A DNA stretch of 64,000 nucleotides from Epiperipatus broadwayi (GCA_028023455.1 JAQFVV010000001.1:12710001-12774000); one strand, 5' to 3'. Shown: positions 40,214 through 52,760, counted from the first letter of the stretch. Numbers and translations: made by a program. The notes: generated by a model not told the origin, from the letters alone.

Positions 40214-41288
40214 AAAATACTGAATATTATAATCAAATGATTTATTAGCAACTGAAGCGGCAAAGCTGGGCCATGATCTATGGACTTTGCATTTCGGAGC
40301 CTGCCTTACAAACATTGCTCCAAACTATATAGGCCATAACATTTGATCATTATCAGTTATAGTTTGTCTTGCTATAGTATTTCAAATTTCATTAGAATGT
40401 AATGAAACTTTTTATACAATTAAAAGAAAGTTTTTTAAAAATATTGTTTTGTTTTTATGATCATCCTCACATTTTCCAGATTGGTTATATATTTTAATTT
40501 ATATAAAAAGAATTTGTTTTATTTACTCAAAATCATTTTGATGTTTTTCTATCTAATACGTAACTTTCTTAAAATAATCCACTGATAATTATTTTCTAAG
40601 GTTACAGCCTTAGTAAATATTACTTAAGTAATTAATGTTTGTTTAAATAAATTTATAATGATAATTATTTTGTAAATATTTATAGTTTATTACATTATCT
40701 TTTTTAAATCTTATTCTGATCTATTTGCATCCTGGCTTCTTACTAATAACTATTATATATATATATTTTCAGTAATAATTTTTAACTTAAAACAATTAAT
40801 TATTTTAACTAATGGCAAGGACTGATATTATTAGGAAGAATTAGACTAACATTTTCCCTTATCTCTTAAACAGCTTGAAAATGAGGATGAAATATTGCTT
40901 CATCCTTTTTTATAAGTGCAAACATTTACAATGTTTCCGTAATTAATCTTTCATGTATTCAGGCTAAATTTAAAGAAGTATGTGCTAAAAGGTTACTACT
41001 GACTTTTCCTTACAATGATTAAGTTTTGGCTTAAAACAATTTGGTCTAAAAGCTTGAGTTTAAACAATAAAAAAAAAAACAACAACAATACAACTTTTAA
41101 TAGGGAATTTTTTTTCTTTCAAAAATCTGTGAAATTGTAAAAAAAAAAAACTATAATATTTCAATACAAGCATAATTCATATATTTGGAATTTAGATGTA
41201 ATTATAAGGGATTTGAACTCAGACTTTCAAGTTGCCTCCAGTTATCCACTATATCTCATAAAATCGATACACATGATTACACACATGT

Positions 41289-41350
41289 GACAAAGATAAA
41301 TAATCTGCAATATATTTATTTCGTGCTGAACCAGCTCTCATCAGTTTGTC
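41289..41350 (-). ncRNA. Type I hammerhead ribozyme (family B, most intact copy)
   Basis: GACAAA-CTGATGA-GAGCTG-GTT-CAGCAC-GAA-ATAAATA-(10 nt)-TATTTAT-C/TTTGTC. Stem I has 6 bp, stem II has 5 of 6 pairs, stem III has 7 bp, and the AUC site is at 41295. Confidence 0.7.
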
Positions 41351-42523
41351 CAGATCATCTCCCATATATATATATATATACAATCAGTGTTCGGTTTATA
41401 TTAAGATAGAAAATCTTCAAACTTTAATGGACAGACTTCAATCCACTCTCAAACCTCCTATAAAAAACTAAAAGTGAAATGAACTAAATATCTTGTTTGG
41501 TAATTTCCAACTATAGGTTATCTGATTGTTGTGAAGTCGTTTAAAACTTTATTTTCAAAATGCATTCATCCAACAAATGAAATTCTCACGAAATTGGATT
41601 TAAAAAAATAAACAACAAAATTGATCAATAAATACATACATGATATTGATATTTTTGACATTATTTTGTCACATGACTTTGTTTTTATTATATAATATGT
41701 GCAATCTTCTATCTCTATTTGTATTAGCACCAATGTAATTTTTTTTTAAACCATCACAAAGATTAACTTTCATTTATTTATTTTTTAAATATTAAATTTA
41801 CAAATCTCGTTTCTTTTTCAAATGTACACAATTAACTCATTTTAGATAAATATATCAGGTGCTGTACTCAGGTTACCAACAGGATCCAAAAATAGAAATA
41901 GTGGAATAACCTTCAGGTATGAGAATTAACTATGAATAATCATTAAACCATGCCCAAACATGTCCACTTCCTGTTCCCTTGCAGAATAAAATATTGTTTT
42001 TTTTTAAAAGCTAGATAATGTTTCTAATATATTCTTTTCTGTCTTCATTTTTTCTTTTCTGCCTTCAATCACATAAGCTAGTGCAGGGCCAGCCATAATG
42101 GCTTTCTTTGCTCAAGACAGTACAATCACCAACGAGTTAATTAGAAACTAAATTTGAAATAGAAGTTCCAGCTTGCAAAGATTGCATGGTTAGGCACCCT
42201 ATTTAAAAATCCTTTCACCCATTATAGAAATGGAAAGGATCTGAAAAAGATTGTCCTGTTTCACATAGTTTGGCCAAGTTTACTTATTAAAGTACAGTAG
42301 TAATTTATCAATAATAATGGTAAAGAATAAAACAGTGATAGTTCTAAAAGTAAATATTATAAATGTATCCCCCCTCCAATTTAGATATATAGAATGTACA
42401 AGACTTAAATTGAGGGCGGCAATGGTAGCTAAGCAGATATCAAGATTTAAAATTGATATGCTGCTTTTAATGAAATTGGTCTTCCATTGAAAAGAAGTTT
42501 AATAAAATAAATAAATGCTACAA

Positions 42524-42632
42524 TTTTTTTTTTAAGTATCATAGCATCGGCCGGGATGCGAACCCACAACCCGGGCAACTGCCTGCAAGTGCAATGCAGT
42601 CACACTGACCTCTTGACTATCAATGCAAGACT
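42524..42632 (-). mobile_element. tRNA-derived SINE, copy 1
   Basis: A-box-like TAGTCAAGAGG, B-box GGTTCGCATCC and an A tail. TSD-like CTACAA(A)TTTTTTT at 42518 and 42631. Confidence 0.75.
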
Positions 42633-42639
42633 ACAAATT

Positions 42640-44560
42640 TTTTTTGGAAGAGTAGGTCAATCAGTAAAAACATATCACATAATGTTGCATATTCTGTATC
42701 TAATTTAGTATGTTCTATACTTGACAAGCTAATGGTATTAAAATTTGGTTATTAGTGCATATATATTCCACCAATAGATTCAGAGAAAGAATGCTTTTAG
42801 ATCTTTAAAATATCAAAAATGTTTGGATGCATTAATGTAAATGTTGATAAAAAGAGTAGACATTGACAAAAATTTATTGGAAATAGTGATATTAGTGTTA
42901 TAAAATCTGATGGTGTTGTTATTGAGTTTTGCAAAGCACATGATTATCATAAACATTTTCTTTAGGTAGAAAAAAATGCTATAAAAACAAATTCATCAAC
43001 ATTCTAAACAATGGGCTTTAATACTAAATTAATTTATATTTCATGAGAAATTACAATTGAAAATTGATTGACAGCATAGATTAGTACTCTCCAAAGTTAA
43101 TCTAACAGTTACAGTTAAAATAGATAGGTATTATTCCAAATCATATTCACAATAAACTTGATGTTCATATTTTTTATAAGTTCTATTATTTGTACTAAAT
43201 TTCTACAACTATAAATTTCAAAATGCCAATTTTGTGTCAAAATGCAATTTTAGTGTATATTACTAAGGCATGAAATGCTTTTAAGGAATGTGATATGTAT
43301 ACAAATAAATCTATTTTTAAGTTTATTAAATAGAGGACTCATAATTAGTTCTACGAAAAATGTCTTATTAGTAGTAATTTGATTAAAAGAAAATGTGCAG
43401 CATTTTCTGCTTAGCAGAATAATAAATTCGATGTGGAGTTTCATAATCAATAGAAAGATTTAACAATAGAAATTTAATCGCTGTCAAGGATATTTAAAAA
43501 TGATTGATAGATTAAAAATGCAAATAAGATACAGAAATACTTTAGATCTTTATTTTATGCATTGAAAGTTGCATATAAACTATAAATGCTATCATGACTC
43601 TATTGAATCCATTAATAATACCCTCTTATAAGATTATCATGTTATTTCAATTATATGGAAGGACTATTTTGGTAATTCTTTTGAATATATGACAATTGCA
43701 ATAAGGTCTTTAATATTATATCAACTCACTATATTCATATAGATTTGGATAAAGTTATTCAACTTGGTGGAATTAAAATTCTCTTTATTATTTTAAAAAT
43801 GAAAAGGATTCCTGTCATGATAAAATATCTGGAAATGTTTTTAAATAATCTTGTTATGTTAGTTTCAAAAATATTAGAATTGTTCGGGAATTTATAGACT
43901 GTGAACTTGTACCTGATCATAAAGATTCTTCTGACATTTTAATTTTTAAACATAAAAAGGATAGATAAGATTATAGTAATTATCATGGAATATCATTATT
44001 ATCCATTACAGGAAAGGTGTTTGGAATACATTTTTTGAATAATTGTTTTCCATTATAGACACAGTGTGATTTTTAGAGAATCAAGAAGAATTAGATATTG
44101 TTTTTTTTTTTTTTTTCCCATATGTCATAGCATCGGCCGGGACGCGAACCCACAACCATTTGCAACCAACTACTTGCTTGCATGGCGGCTGTGATACCTC
44201 TCGGCTAACAACGCAAGACTAGATATTGTTTTTATTGCTAGGAAAATGTAAAAAAGTGTTGAAAACAAATTTCTATATTGATTTTATTAGTCAAGACATT
44301 TGATTTCAATTGAGGTTATGGCACTGTTTGAAATTATTGATTGCCCATAAAAATCATTCATATTATACACTTTCAACAGGATGGAATTAAAAAAGGTAAT
44401 TTACTATAAAGGGAAAATATGAAACATTTGAAATGAAAATTGGTGTTAAAGAAGTTGTATACTAACTCCAATTTTGTTTTTGATTTTTATAAGAATGGAA
44501 TTTTGAGTACAATTGAAATAAAATGAAGGCATATTTACTCAATTTTCTTTAGTAAAATAA
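42640..44560 (+). mobile_element. Highly degenerate RTE-like LINE (AP endonuclease plus RT)
   Basis: Broken motifs LVISAY, IEFCKAH, SNYHGISLLSITGKVF, QCDFR, DIVFIARK and GVK(Q)GCILTPILF. Interrupted by the SINE at 44101. Confidence 0.6.
44101..44219 (-). mobile_element. tRNA-derived SINE, copy 2
   Basis: A-box TAGCCGAGAGG (44197-44207), B-box GGTTCGCGTCC (44140-44150) and an A16 tail. 14-bp TSD TAGATATTGTTTTT at 44092 and 44220. Confidence 0.85.
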
Positions 44561-45090
44561 ATGATAGATTACAATAAAAGACAAATACTTACATTCTTTG
44601 GAAAGACAAACTTTGTTTCATGTTTTTCATTTCTTCTAAATATTTTTTTTAGTAAATAATCTTTGAGTGTTTTATCACTTTGTTAATGAATAAATAAAGA
44701 AAAAAACCCAATTATTTATATTATGCTTAATCTAGAAAATATTTTATTACAAATTTCTTGTTTGTAATATAAGCTTTAATAACTAAGGGATTTTTTTTTT
44801 GTTTAAATGTTTTTTTTTATTAAACATTTAATAAAAATATCACTGCAGTTTTGTAGTTTGGTTTTCAAACTCTTATTTTATAAGGATCAAGTTTAAAATG
44901 TTTGATAAATTTTAAGTTAATTATAAGTTAATTTGTTTTTTTTGTTGTTGTTATTATTGTTATTTGTTTTGAATAGTGAGAATATGAAGTTATATATAGG
45001 TATTTGATGCATAAATGACTTTGTTATTCTTAAAAACCTACAAAATATCACCTGATCTAGACTTATGCAATGCTTTTCTATAGCAAATTC

Positions 45091-45888
45091 TGATGTTGTT
45101 GGTGTTGATGTGCTGCACCGTGACTTCTCCTTATATGGAGTCAGGAATCTCTCAACAACTATGCCCAGAGAAACCTGTTAACCACTTTAACTTCCCTTTC
45201 CATTCTCTGCCCTAAGTTTTACCATATTCTTCTCTATCCTGCTCCATCCCATTTCTGCAACATAATATTTGTCAATTCCATGGCCTTTATATCTAAATCT
45301 TCTTTATCTTTTGCCAAACCTAAATAAATCCAATAACCCCACTTTCTGTTCAACACTTTGTTTATATTTATTCTTGCACAACTTCATTATTTGTACCCTT
45401 TCTGCTTTCAGGTATTTACATTCAATTAACAGATGCTGTATATTCTCTATGTCTTCCTCACACAACTTGCAGATGAAATCACCCACATTTTTTCATTTAG
45501 ATATATATTCCTTTGTTGCTAAAGATACCATTGGAGCCTTAAACAGTAAACTACTTTCCTTGCTATTATCATAAATTAACTCTCACCCAATATTCTGTTT
45601 ACTTCTTTATATATTTAAACTCTTTTTATTCTCCATACTAGTTCTCCATCTTCCTATGTTTTATTAATGCATCTATTCTTCTATCCCATTCCGTAACACT
45701 ATAACACTCAATAATTATCCTAACACAATCATCCCATCTTTTGTATAAGTATACTGACATATATTATTTATCCAAATCTTCTGCATATCCAATTACTTTC
45801 TTTCACCCATCTTGTTGCCTGCACTTTATTCATTACCCAATTAAATACTATTTTGATTATTCTTTTATTATCCATAAACTGCAATTTA
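45091..45888 (-). mobile_element. 5'-truncated copy of the CCHC-finger LINE family
   Basis: Reverse complement of ~49490-50230. Encodes CKLCEEDIENIQHLLIEC and has a short CAACA-type tail. Confidence 0.85.
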
Positions 45889-47551
45889 CCGAACATTTCC
45901 CCAAACAGTTTTGCCACTTAGTAGTGGATATAGATAGGGCACTGCTGGACAGGGATTTATTATTTATTATCTAACATCTATTGATTTTTTTATATTTATA
46001 GTATGAAGCATAACCAAGTAATGGAAACAGAATTTGTTACTATTATTATTTTGGGTGTGTGCTGCTAGACTTTTAAGATCTGATTTATAGTGAACAAGAT
46101 AAATGTCATTTGCTGCTATACACTTTTAATTTTTTTTATTTGAAGATGAACTTTTATTTGAAGCAACTTTAATTATGATACACAAAAAATTATTAAGCAT
46201 GCTTTTTAAAAAAACCTAAAAAAAACCAACAACCTGAAAATAACAAAAAAAAAAGTAATTTCATGCCTTTGCTTATTTGATATTGTCTGTTTTTTCTTAA
46301 AGTAGAAGAGAAGGGAAATTGACATGGAAACTTAGGAAAGCAGTCATTTTAGTATGCTAATCACTAAATTCTGTAATCCTGATGCTTCTTAATCAAAATG
46401 CAAAAAGAAAACAAATTTACAAATATTGTAAATTGTAGTTATTTTTAATATGAATTTTAATTATAGAAGATAAATAAATACTTTTTAGATTCATAATTAC
46501 AAAATTGCAAATCAATGTATTTTATGCAAAAAAAAAAAAAAAATGACAACCAAGAATAAATAAAAAATTCATGAAATTTTTTTTATGACATTTATTTTTG
46601 ATTTTCACAGGGAGAAATAATTCTTTACAATCCTGAAATCTAAACTAATCAAGTTTTAGATGAATACTAAATGATGGAAAACTGAATGACAATCTCCATA
46701 CATATAAACAATTCCAGTTTATATACCTGCATACATCTTATGTGTAGACTGACAGTGGGTAAACTATAACTTGTTCATTATTACATGCAGCTCCCAAAGC
46801 TAATTCTGTGCAGTTCCCAAGGCAATATTTATTTTCATTGCCATTTTTTAAACTTTTATATATTTTAATAAGGAGAAAGTTATTAGTCAAAATGTTGGTT
46901 TTGCTGCTAATTTTACAATTTAAACTATGCTGCCATAAAAGAATACTAGCATGAGAAATCGATAACCTGATTTACTGTCCATCTTGAATTCTTGCCAAGG
47001 TAAATGTGCATAGTATTATTTTTTCCAAAATTAAATGAGTAAAATTTAGCAATCTATGTCTACAATTTGAACAAACAATGCACTGTTTCATTCAGGATTG
47101 TTGAAAGAGAGTAGCCATTTGCAGCAGGACATGTTTTGAAATAAGAAACTTCAGTCACTGCTGCAGTGATGCTAAGAAACAACATGATACCACTTAGAAT
47201 AAATGTAGATTGTTAAAAGTTTACTTATTGGAAGATCATTTCTCACAAAAGACTAAAATATATGTTTGTTTCATTTCCACTAAATAAAGTTATACTGGCC
47301 ATTTTTCAAAATAAATAATCTCTATAAGTTTACATGACAGAAGATAATTTAAAACGTAAATGCGTGTTTGTAGATCATCATTTTTCTAAATCAATCTTTA
47401 ATTGATCAATTAAGTTTGTCAGAAGCTTCTATGTAGACTGCAAAATTATTAAATATTTTAAATACAAGAATATTGATAAATACATCGTTGAAAAGAAATG
47501 TTTCAATTAAACGTAGTTTAAATAAACATTCGCATGTATACATTAATTAAT

Positions 47552-48326
47552 TGTGTAGTTCTAAAACCATACAGATATGGAAATAAATTCCTAAGATTAA
47601 TCAATAGTAAAGTCCTAAAACATTATCGTATATGGAAATAAATCCATAAAAGCTAAGACGAATTTCGTTATAAGATAACAACTCTAAATAATACAAACTG
47701 ATTAAAGCCAAAGGAACTTACTCCAGAAAAGATAAGAGAAGCAAAAGAAGAGACGATATAAAAAAACTAGAGAAAAAGGACTGTTGTCTCTTTTTCTGTG
47801 GTAATTGCTACTGTTAATGCGTCTGCAAGTTGAAGAGCAGTGAAAATCATCGGAGGACTTCACTCCCAGGATATCGGCTCCTGTAGGTCACTAAACCGAC
47901 TAGAACTTTTAACAGACCAACCGTCTTAGCCTTATTATTATTTTGAACACCCCAAGAGTCTCTTAGAGAGTGTGTTATAAAGCCTATGACGGTAGTGAAA
48001 GTAAAGTTAATTAATAGTTTTTTCTTAATTGTGTAAACAATATTCGCTATTCAGTAATTAACCTGGGAATTAAGTTCGCTTAAATGCAGACTTCATGATG
48101 TTAAAGATCAGTATAGTAATTATTTTTCCTATTTGTTAATAAATTATTATTGCTATGTGCTGTTATTGAGTTTGAGTTTTATTGTATATTTGTTTGCTGG
48201 TCGCCCGGTCAGAGTTGGGGACACAGCATAGACATTATTTTTTGAGACCGCGAGATTAGAAATTTATTGCCGAACTAATAAATACGTTAAGTAAAATCTC
48301 AGCATCGGACTAATATATAAGTGTCA
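47552..48326 (+). mobile_element. Probable solo LTR (775 bp)
   Basis: TG...CA ends flanked by TAAT on both sides. Internal duplicated TATGGAAATAAAT block near the 5' end and AATAAA at ~48276. More CpG-rich than its surroundings, with no ORF. Confidence 0.45.
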
Positions 48327-48518
48327 TAATTTCTAATAATATAGTATGTACTAATATTAAAATATTTTATTTTATAAATGTTTTAATTAAAGATCAGTAA
48401 AAAAATAGAAGTTTTAGAAGTTTAAATGTTTAGCTTTTAAACAGTAATAGTGTCAAACCTGCCAAAATTAATTCCAAAAGTGACCATTATGATCACTGCA
48501 CTACCCATTGCTTCTATT

Positions 48519-50237
48519 TAGGTTTTAGGTCAGATAGGCGTATGGGAGATAGTTTATTTGTAGTTACACAACTTATGGATATAAGTAGGAATTCAGGTAG
48601 ACAGTTATATATGAGTTTTATAGATATAGAGGTGTGGTGATAGAGTGAATAGAAATAGATTATGGATAAGTTTAGCAAATGTAGGAATGGATGAAGCTTT
48701 AGTGAATGTTATTAAGAAATTATATGAAAATAATTACTATACATATCAATTAGGGGATATAGAATCAGTTAAAGTTAAAAATGGGGTGGGACTAAGACAA
48801 TGATGCCCTATGCCACCTATTTTGTTTTTGTTGTATTTGAGTGAAATGGAGAGAGCAATAGAAAGACTAGGAAGAGAGATAGAGATACCGTTAATAGCTG
48901 GCAAGGGAGTATATACATTGTCAGGTCTTTTTTTTGCAGATGATGTCTTTTTGTGTGCAGAAAGAAGAGAAGATATGGAAGTTATGCTGAGGACATGTGC
49001 AAAGGTGGGTAAAGATATGGGGATTAAATTTAGTGAAGAAAAATCAAATATAATGATGGTGAATACTGGGGAAAGAGAAGACAAAGATTTCTTATTGGGG
49101 AATATAAAGTTAAGTGTGGCGAATAGATATAGTTATTTGGAAATCATCTAGAGTAATCATAAAAATTGCTTGGATGAATGGGAGAAAAAATTGATAAATG
49201 AAGCAAAGAAAAGAAAGAAATTGATAAAAAAATTAACAGTGTTTTCATATAATAAATATGATGTAGCTAGAATTGTATGGAAGGGAATGGCAGTAGCAGT
49301 GTCAGCATATGGCAATGATGTGTTATGTGTTAGTAAAGGGGTATTAGATTACTTAGAAAAAGTACAATGGGAGTAGGAAGTCATACATTAGATGCAGAGG
49401 TGTGAACAGCAAAAGAGGCAATTCAAAGAGAAATGGGATGGTCAAGTTTTTATATGAGGGATGCAAAAAGCAAATTGAAAATGTTTGATAGATTGCAGTT
49501 TATGGATAATAAAAGAATAGCTAAAATAGTATTTAATTGGGTTATAAGTAAAGGGCAGGTGACAAGATGGGTGAGAAAGGTAATGTGCTATGCAGAAGAT
49601 TTGGATAAAGAATTTATGTCAGTATACTTGTACAAAAGGTGGGATGATTGTGTTAGGAGGAGTGTTGAGTGTTATAGGGGTAAGGAGTGGGATAGAAGAA
49701 TAGATCCATTAATAAAGAATAGAGAGTTGGAGAGATGGAGAACTAGTATGGAGAGTAAAATGAGTTTAAATATATATAGAAGTAAATAGAACATTGGGTG
49801 TGGGTTAATTTATGACAATAGTAAGGAAAGTGGTTTATTGTTTAAGGCTCGAACGGGATCTTTAGCAACAAGGGAATATACATGTAAATGGAAAAATATG
49901 GGTGATTTAGTCTGCAAGTTGTGTAAGGAAGGCATAGAAAATATTAGGCATCTGTTACTTCAATGTAAATGCTTGGAAGCGGAAAGAGTACAAATAATGA
50001 TTATACAGAAAGTGAGTTTTTGTTTTTTATGTGGTTTGGGAAAAGATAAGAGGGATTTAGATATGAAGGTCATAGAGTTGACAAAGATTATGTTATGGAA
50101 ATGGGATGGAGCAGATTATGAGAAAACTTAGGGTGGAGAATGGAAAGGGAAGGTAAAGTGGGTAACAGGTTTCTCTGGACATAGTTGCTGAGAGATTTCT
50201 GACTCCGTATAAGAAGTCACAGTGCATCACATCACAT
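48519..50237 (+). mobile_element. 5'-truncated degenerate non-LTR retrotransposon (RT plus CCHC finger; clade not assigned)
   Basis: Motifs GFRSDRR..DSLF, FIDIE, GLRQ*CP, FFADDV, YSYLEI, FKARTGSL and CKLC-x8-H-x4-C. Tail CATCACATCACAT. Confidence 0.9.
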
Positions 50238-50355
50238 ATTATCTTGACACTGGATTATCACTATATATATATATTATCTTGACACTGGATTGTCACTATA
50301 TATATATCACTATATATATATATTATCTTGACACTGGATTGTCACTATATATATA
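50237..50355. repeat. 35-bp minisatellite (3 copies)
   Basis: TATTATCTTGACACTGGATTRTCAC(TA)n starts at 50237, 50272 and 50321. Confidence 0.9.
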
Positions 50356-50612
50356 AGTTATTACACTTTGTGGTAACTGTGCAGCATAATTAGTGTAGTA
50401 TAGATAACTATTATTCTGATTAATAAATACTTATGATTGATTTTAGAGAAAATTATAAGACCTTTGTTTAAAATGACTAAACAATAGAAGAGTATAAAAT
50501 GGAAATGCAAAGAAGAGTAGAAAGGGATTTTCAATAATACATAGGAAAATGATTTTGATTTTACTGTTAAGAATTAAAAAGTGTATCTTCTCTATCATGC
50601 AATCATCGGCCA

Positions 50613-50722
50613 TTTTTTTTCCATATGTCATAGCATCAGCTGTGAGACGAACTCACAACAACCATCTGCAACCAACTGCTTGCTTGTAAGGTTGCTGCAC
50701 TGACCTCTCAGCTAACAATGCT
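50613..50722 (-). mobile_element. tRNA-derived SINE, copy 3 (older)
   Basis: Aligns with 44101-44219. TSD-like CAATCATCGGCCATTTT / CAATCATTGGCTATTTT. Confidence 0.75.
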
Positions 50723-51863
50723 CAATCATTGGCTATTTTAAAGCAATAAATTTAAAACATTACCATGAATGTAATAATAAAATATTTGCATGTAAATTTT
50801 CTTCTGAATCAAAACTGTGAACAAATAAGATAAAACCTTTGACACCTAATTAGTCAATCAACAAATGAATTTATGTTCCTTTTGTATATATAAAAAAGAG
50901 ATTTGTTTATTAAAGTTAATTTTATTACAGTTTACTAATATTGTGCAATGAAATTACCTTATAGTCATTGAGACTTTGTAAAATAGGATATATAATGATA
51001 TAATCAGAATTCTCACTCAAGGGAACATAAAATTTAAACAGGTAATAGAAGAAATTTCTATCACCACTCTATTGAAACCATATTTCTTAAATCAGTCCTA
51101 CAATCATGTATCACAACAAGTGACTTGAAAAGCTACTTGCTTTTGTTTAATATTAGATGTATCTCCCTCAGCTGGCTGTATTTGTTCAATATAAAAAAAA
51201 AATTCTTAAACTTAATAAGCTTAAAAAAACCCACAAAGATATTGATATCAAAAAGTCACTTAACAGAGATTTACTGAACGTTCAATTACAATTGATAAAC
51301 TTGTTAACACTGCAACAGCTGGAGTATTATGATAGATCAAAATAGTAGCTTAGTTGGGCAATCAGCACATGATATCAATTATTCTAAATGTATCTCTATT
51401 TATTGTATCAATTGCCTTGAACACTTAATAAGCAAACACTTCAAATAGAAATAATCTCATAAATAATCATTTTATGAATAGAAAATTTTATTTAGCTAAG
51501 TACAAAAACATGCCATAAAATTTAGAAATTTTATTAAGAAGCTGGAGTTTGAAGATAAGCCAACTTATATTTTATTCTACTGTATTATAAGATGACTATC
51601 AACTACTAATCTTTTGAATAAATTTGTTGTTCTTTTTGAATCTATTACAACTTTCATAAAAAAGAATAATAATAATAATACCTACAACTAAAAGAATATA
51701 AATAGATTCAGAATCTGATGTTTTTTACTGAAATAATGCAACACCAAAAGATTTAAATATGGCAGTTCAAGGAAGTAACAAAGTTATTGGGCATTTGTTC
51801 AATCAATTTCCAGTTTTCAGAATAGTTTTTTTTTTTCAAAAAGATCTGAGAACCAATAAATTT

Positions 51864-52760
51864 TAAGCCAATAAACATCACTTGATCACCACTTCCTATG
51901 CTTGCTCATAACTGTTATTAAAACAGGAAAAAACTCACTATACGTATTGCCACACAGTAAGCTAGAGTAATCAATGGATGCCAGAAGGCTTGTGCATAAA
52001 ATCCCCATCTAGTGCTTACTCATCCAATACACCCAAACTAGTTTCTGGATTGTGGCCTTCATCAGTAAGGAGCCTTGGATTTGAGAGCACTGCACCTAGA
52101 TCTTAGGATCTAATGCAACCCTCCAGCAGCTACCTTTTATCTCTACTTAACTACAAAACTATGAGACTTAAATTGAAAACACCATAATATTTTCAATCCA
52201 AGCTCATCAGCTTATATAATCATATAGGTCTGAACTCACTTCAGTACCCATACATTTTGGTGTCTTTGGTTCTTTAATAGCCATAGCCACCAATATCCTA
52301 TTAGGCAGGATATCCAATATCCTACTAGGATATTAGGATAGCCACCAATATCCTATTAGGCAATTCTGCCTAATAGGATATTGGTGGCTGTGGTTATTAA
52401 AGAACTATAGACACAAAATGTATGGGTACTGAACTGAGTTCAGACCTATATGTCTATATAAACTGATGTGCTTGGATTGAAAATATTAAAGTGTTTTCAA
52501 TTTAAGACCCATAGTTTTTTAGTTAAGTAGAGATAAAAGGTGGCTGCTGGAGGATTGCATTAGATCCTAAGATCTAGGCACAGTGCTCTCAGGTCCAAGG
52601 CTCCTCACTGATGAAGGCCACAATCCAGAAACTAGTCTGGGGATATTGCATGAGTAGGCTCTAGATGAGGATTTTATGCACAAGGCTTTTGGCATCCATT
52701 GATTACTCTAGCTTGCTATGTAGCAATATGTATAATGAGATTTTGCCTGTTTTAATAACA
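51864..52760. mobile_element. Family A ~400-bp-arm palindrome
   Basis: Minus arm 51864-52310 and plus arm ~52365-52760. 9-bp TSD AATAAATTT. HHR motifs at 52030-52071 (-, GTT site, damaged stem I) and 52602-52643 (+, GTC). Confidence 0.9.

Noticed and set aside
47000-47095. Plus-strand GTAAAT...TTTCATTCAG 96-bp intron
   Set aside because: The flanking frame is closed upstream and downstream, and such motifs arise by chance in AT-rich DNA. No transcript evidence is available.
50237-50355. CRISPR-like appearance of the repeated TATTATCTTGACACTGGATT
   Set aside because: There are no unique spacers (only TA runs), no cas genes, and the context is eukaryotic.
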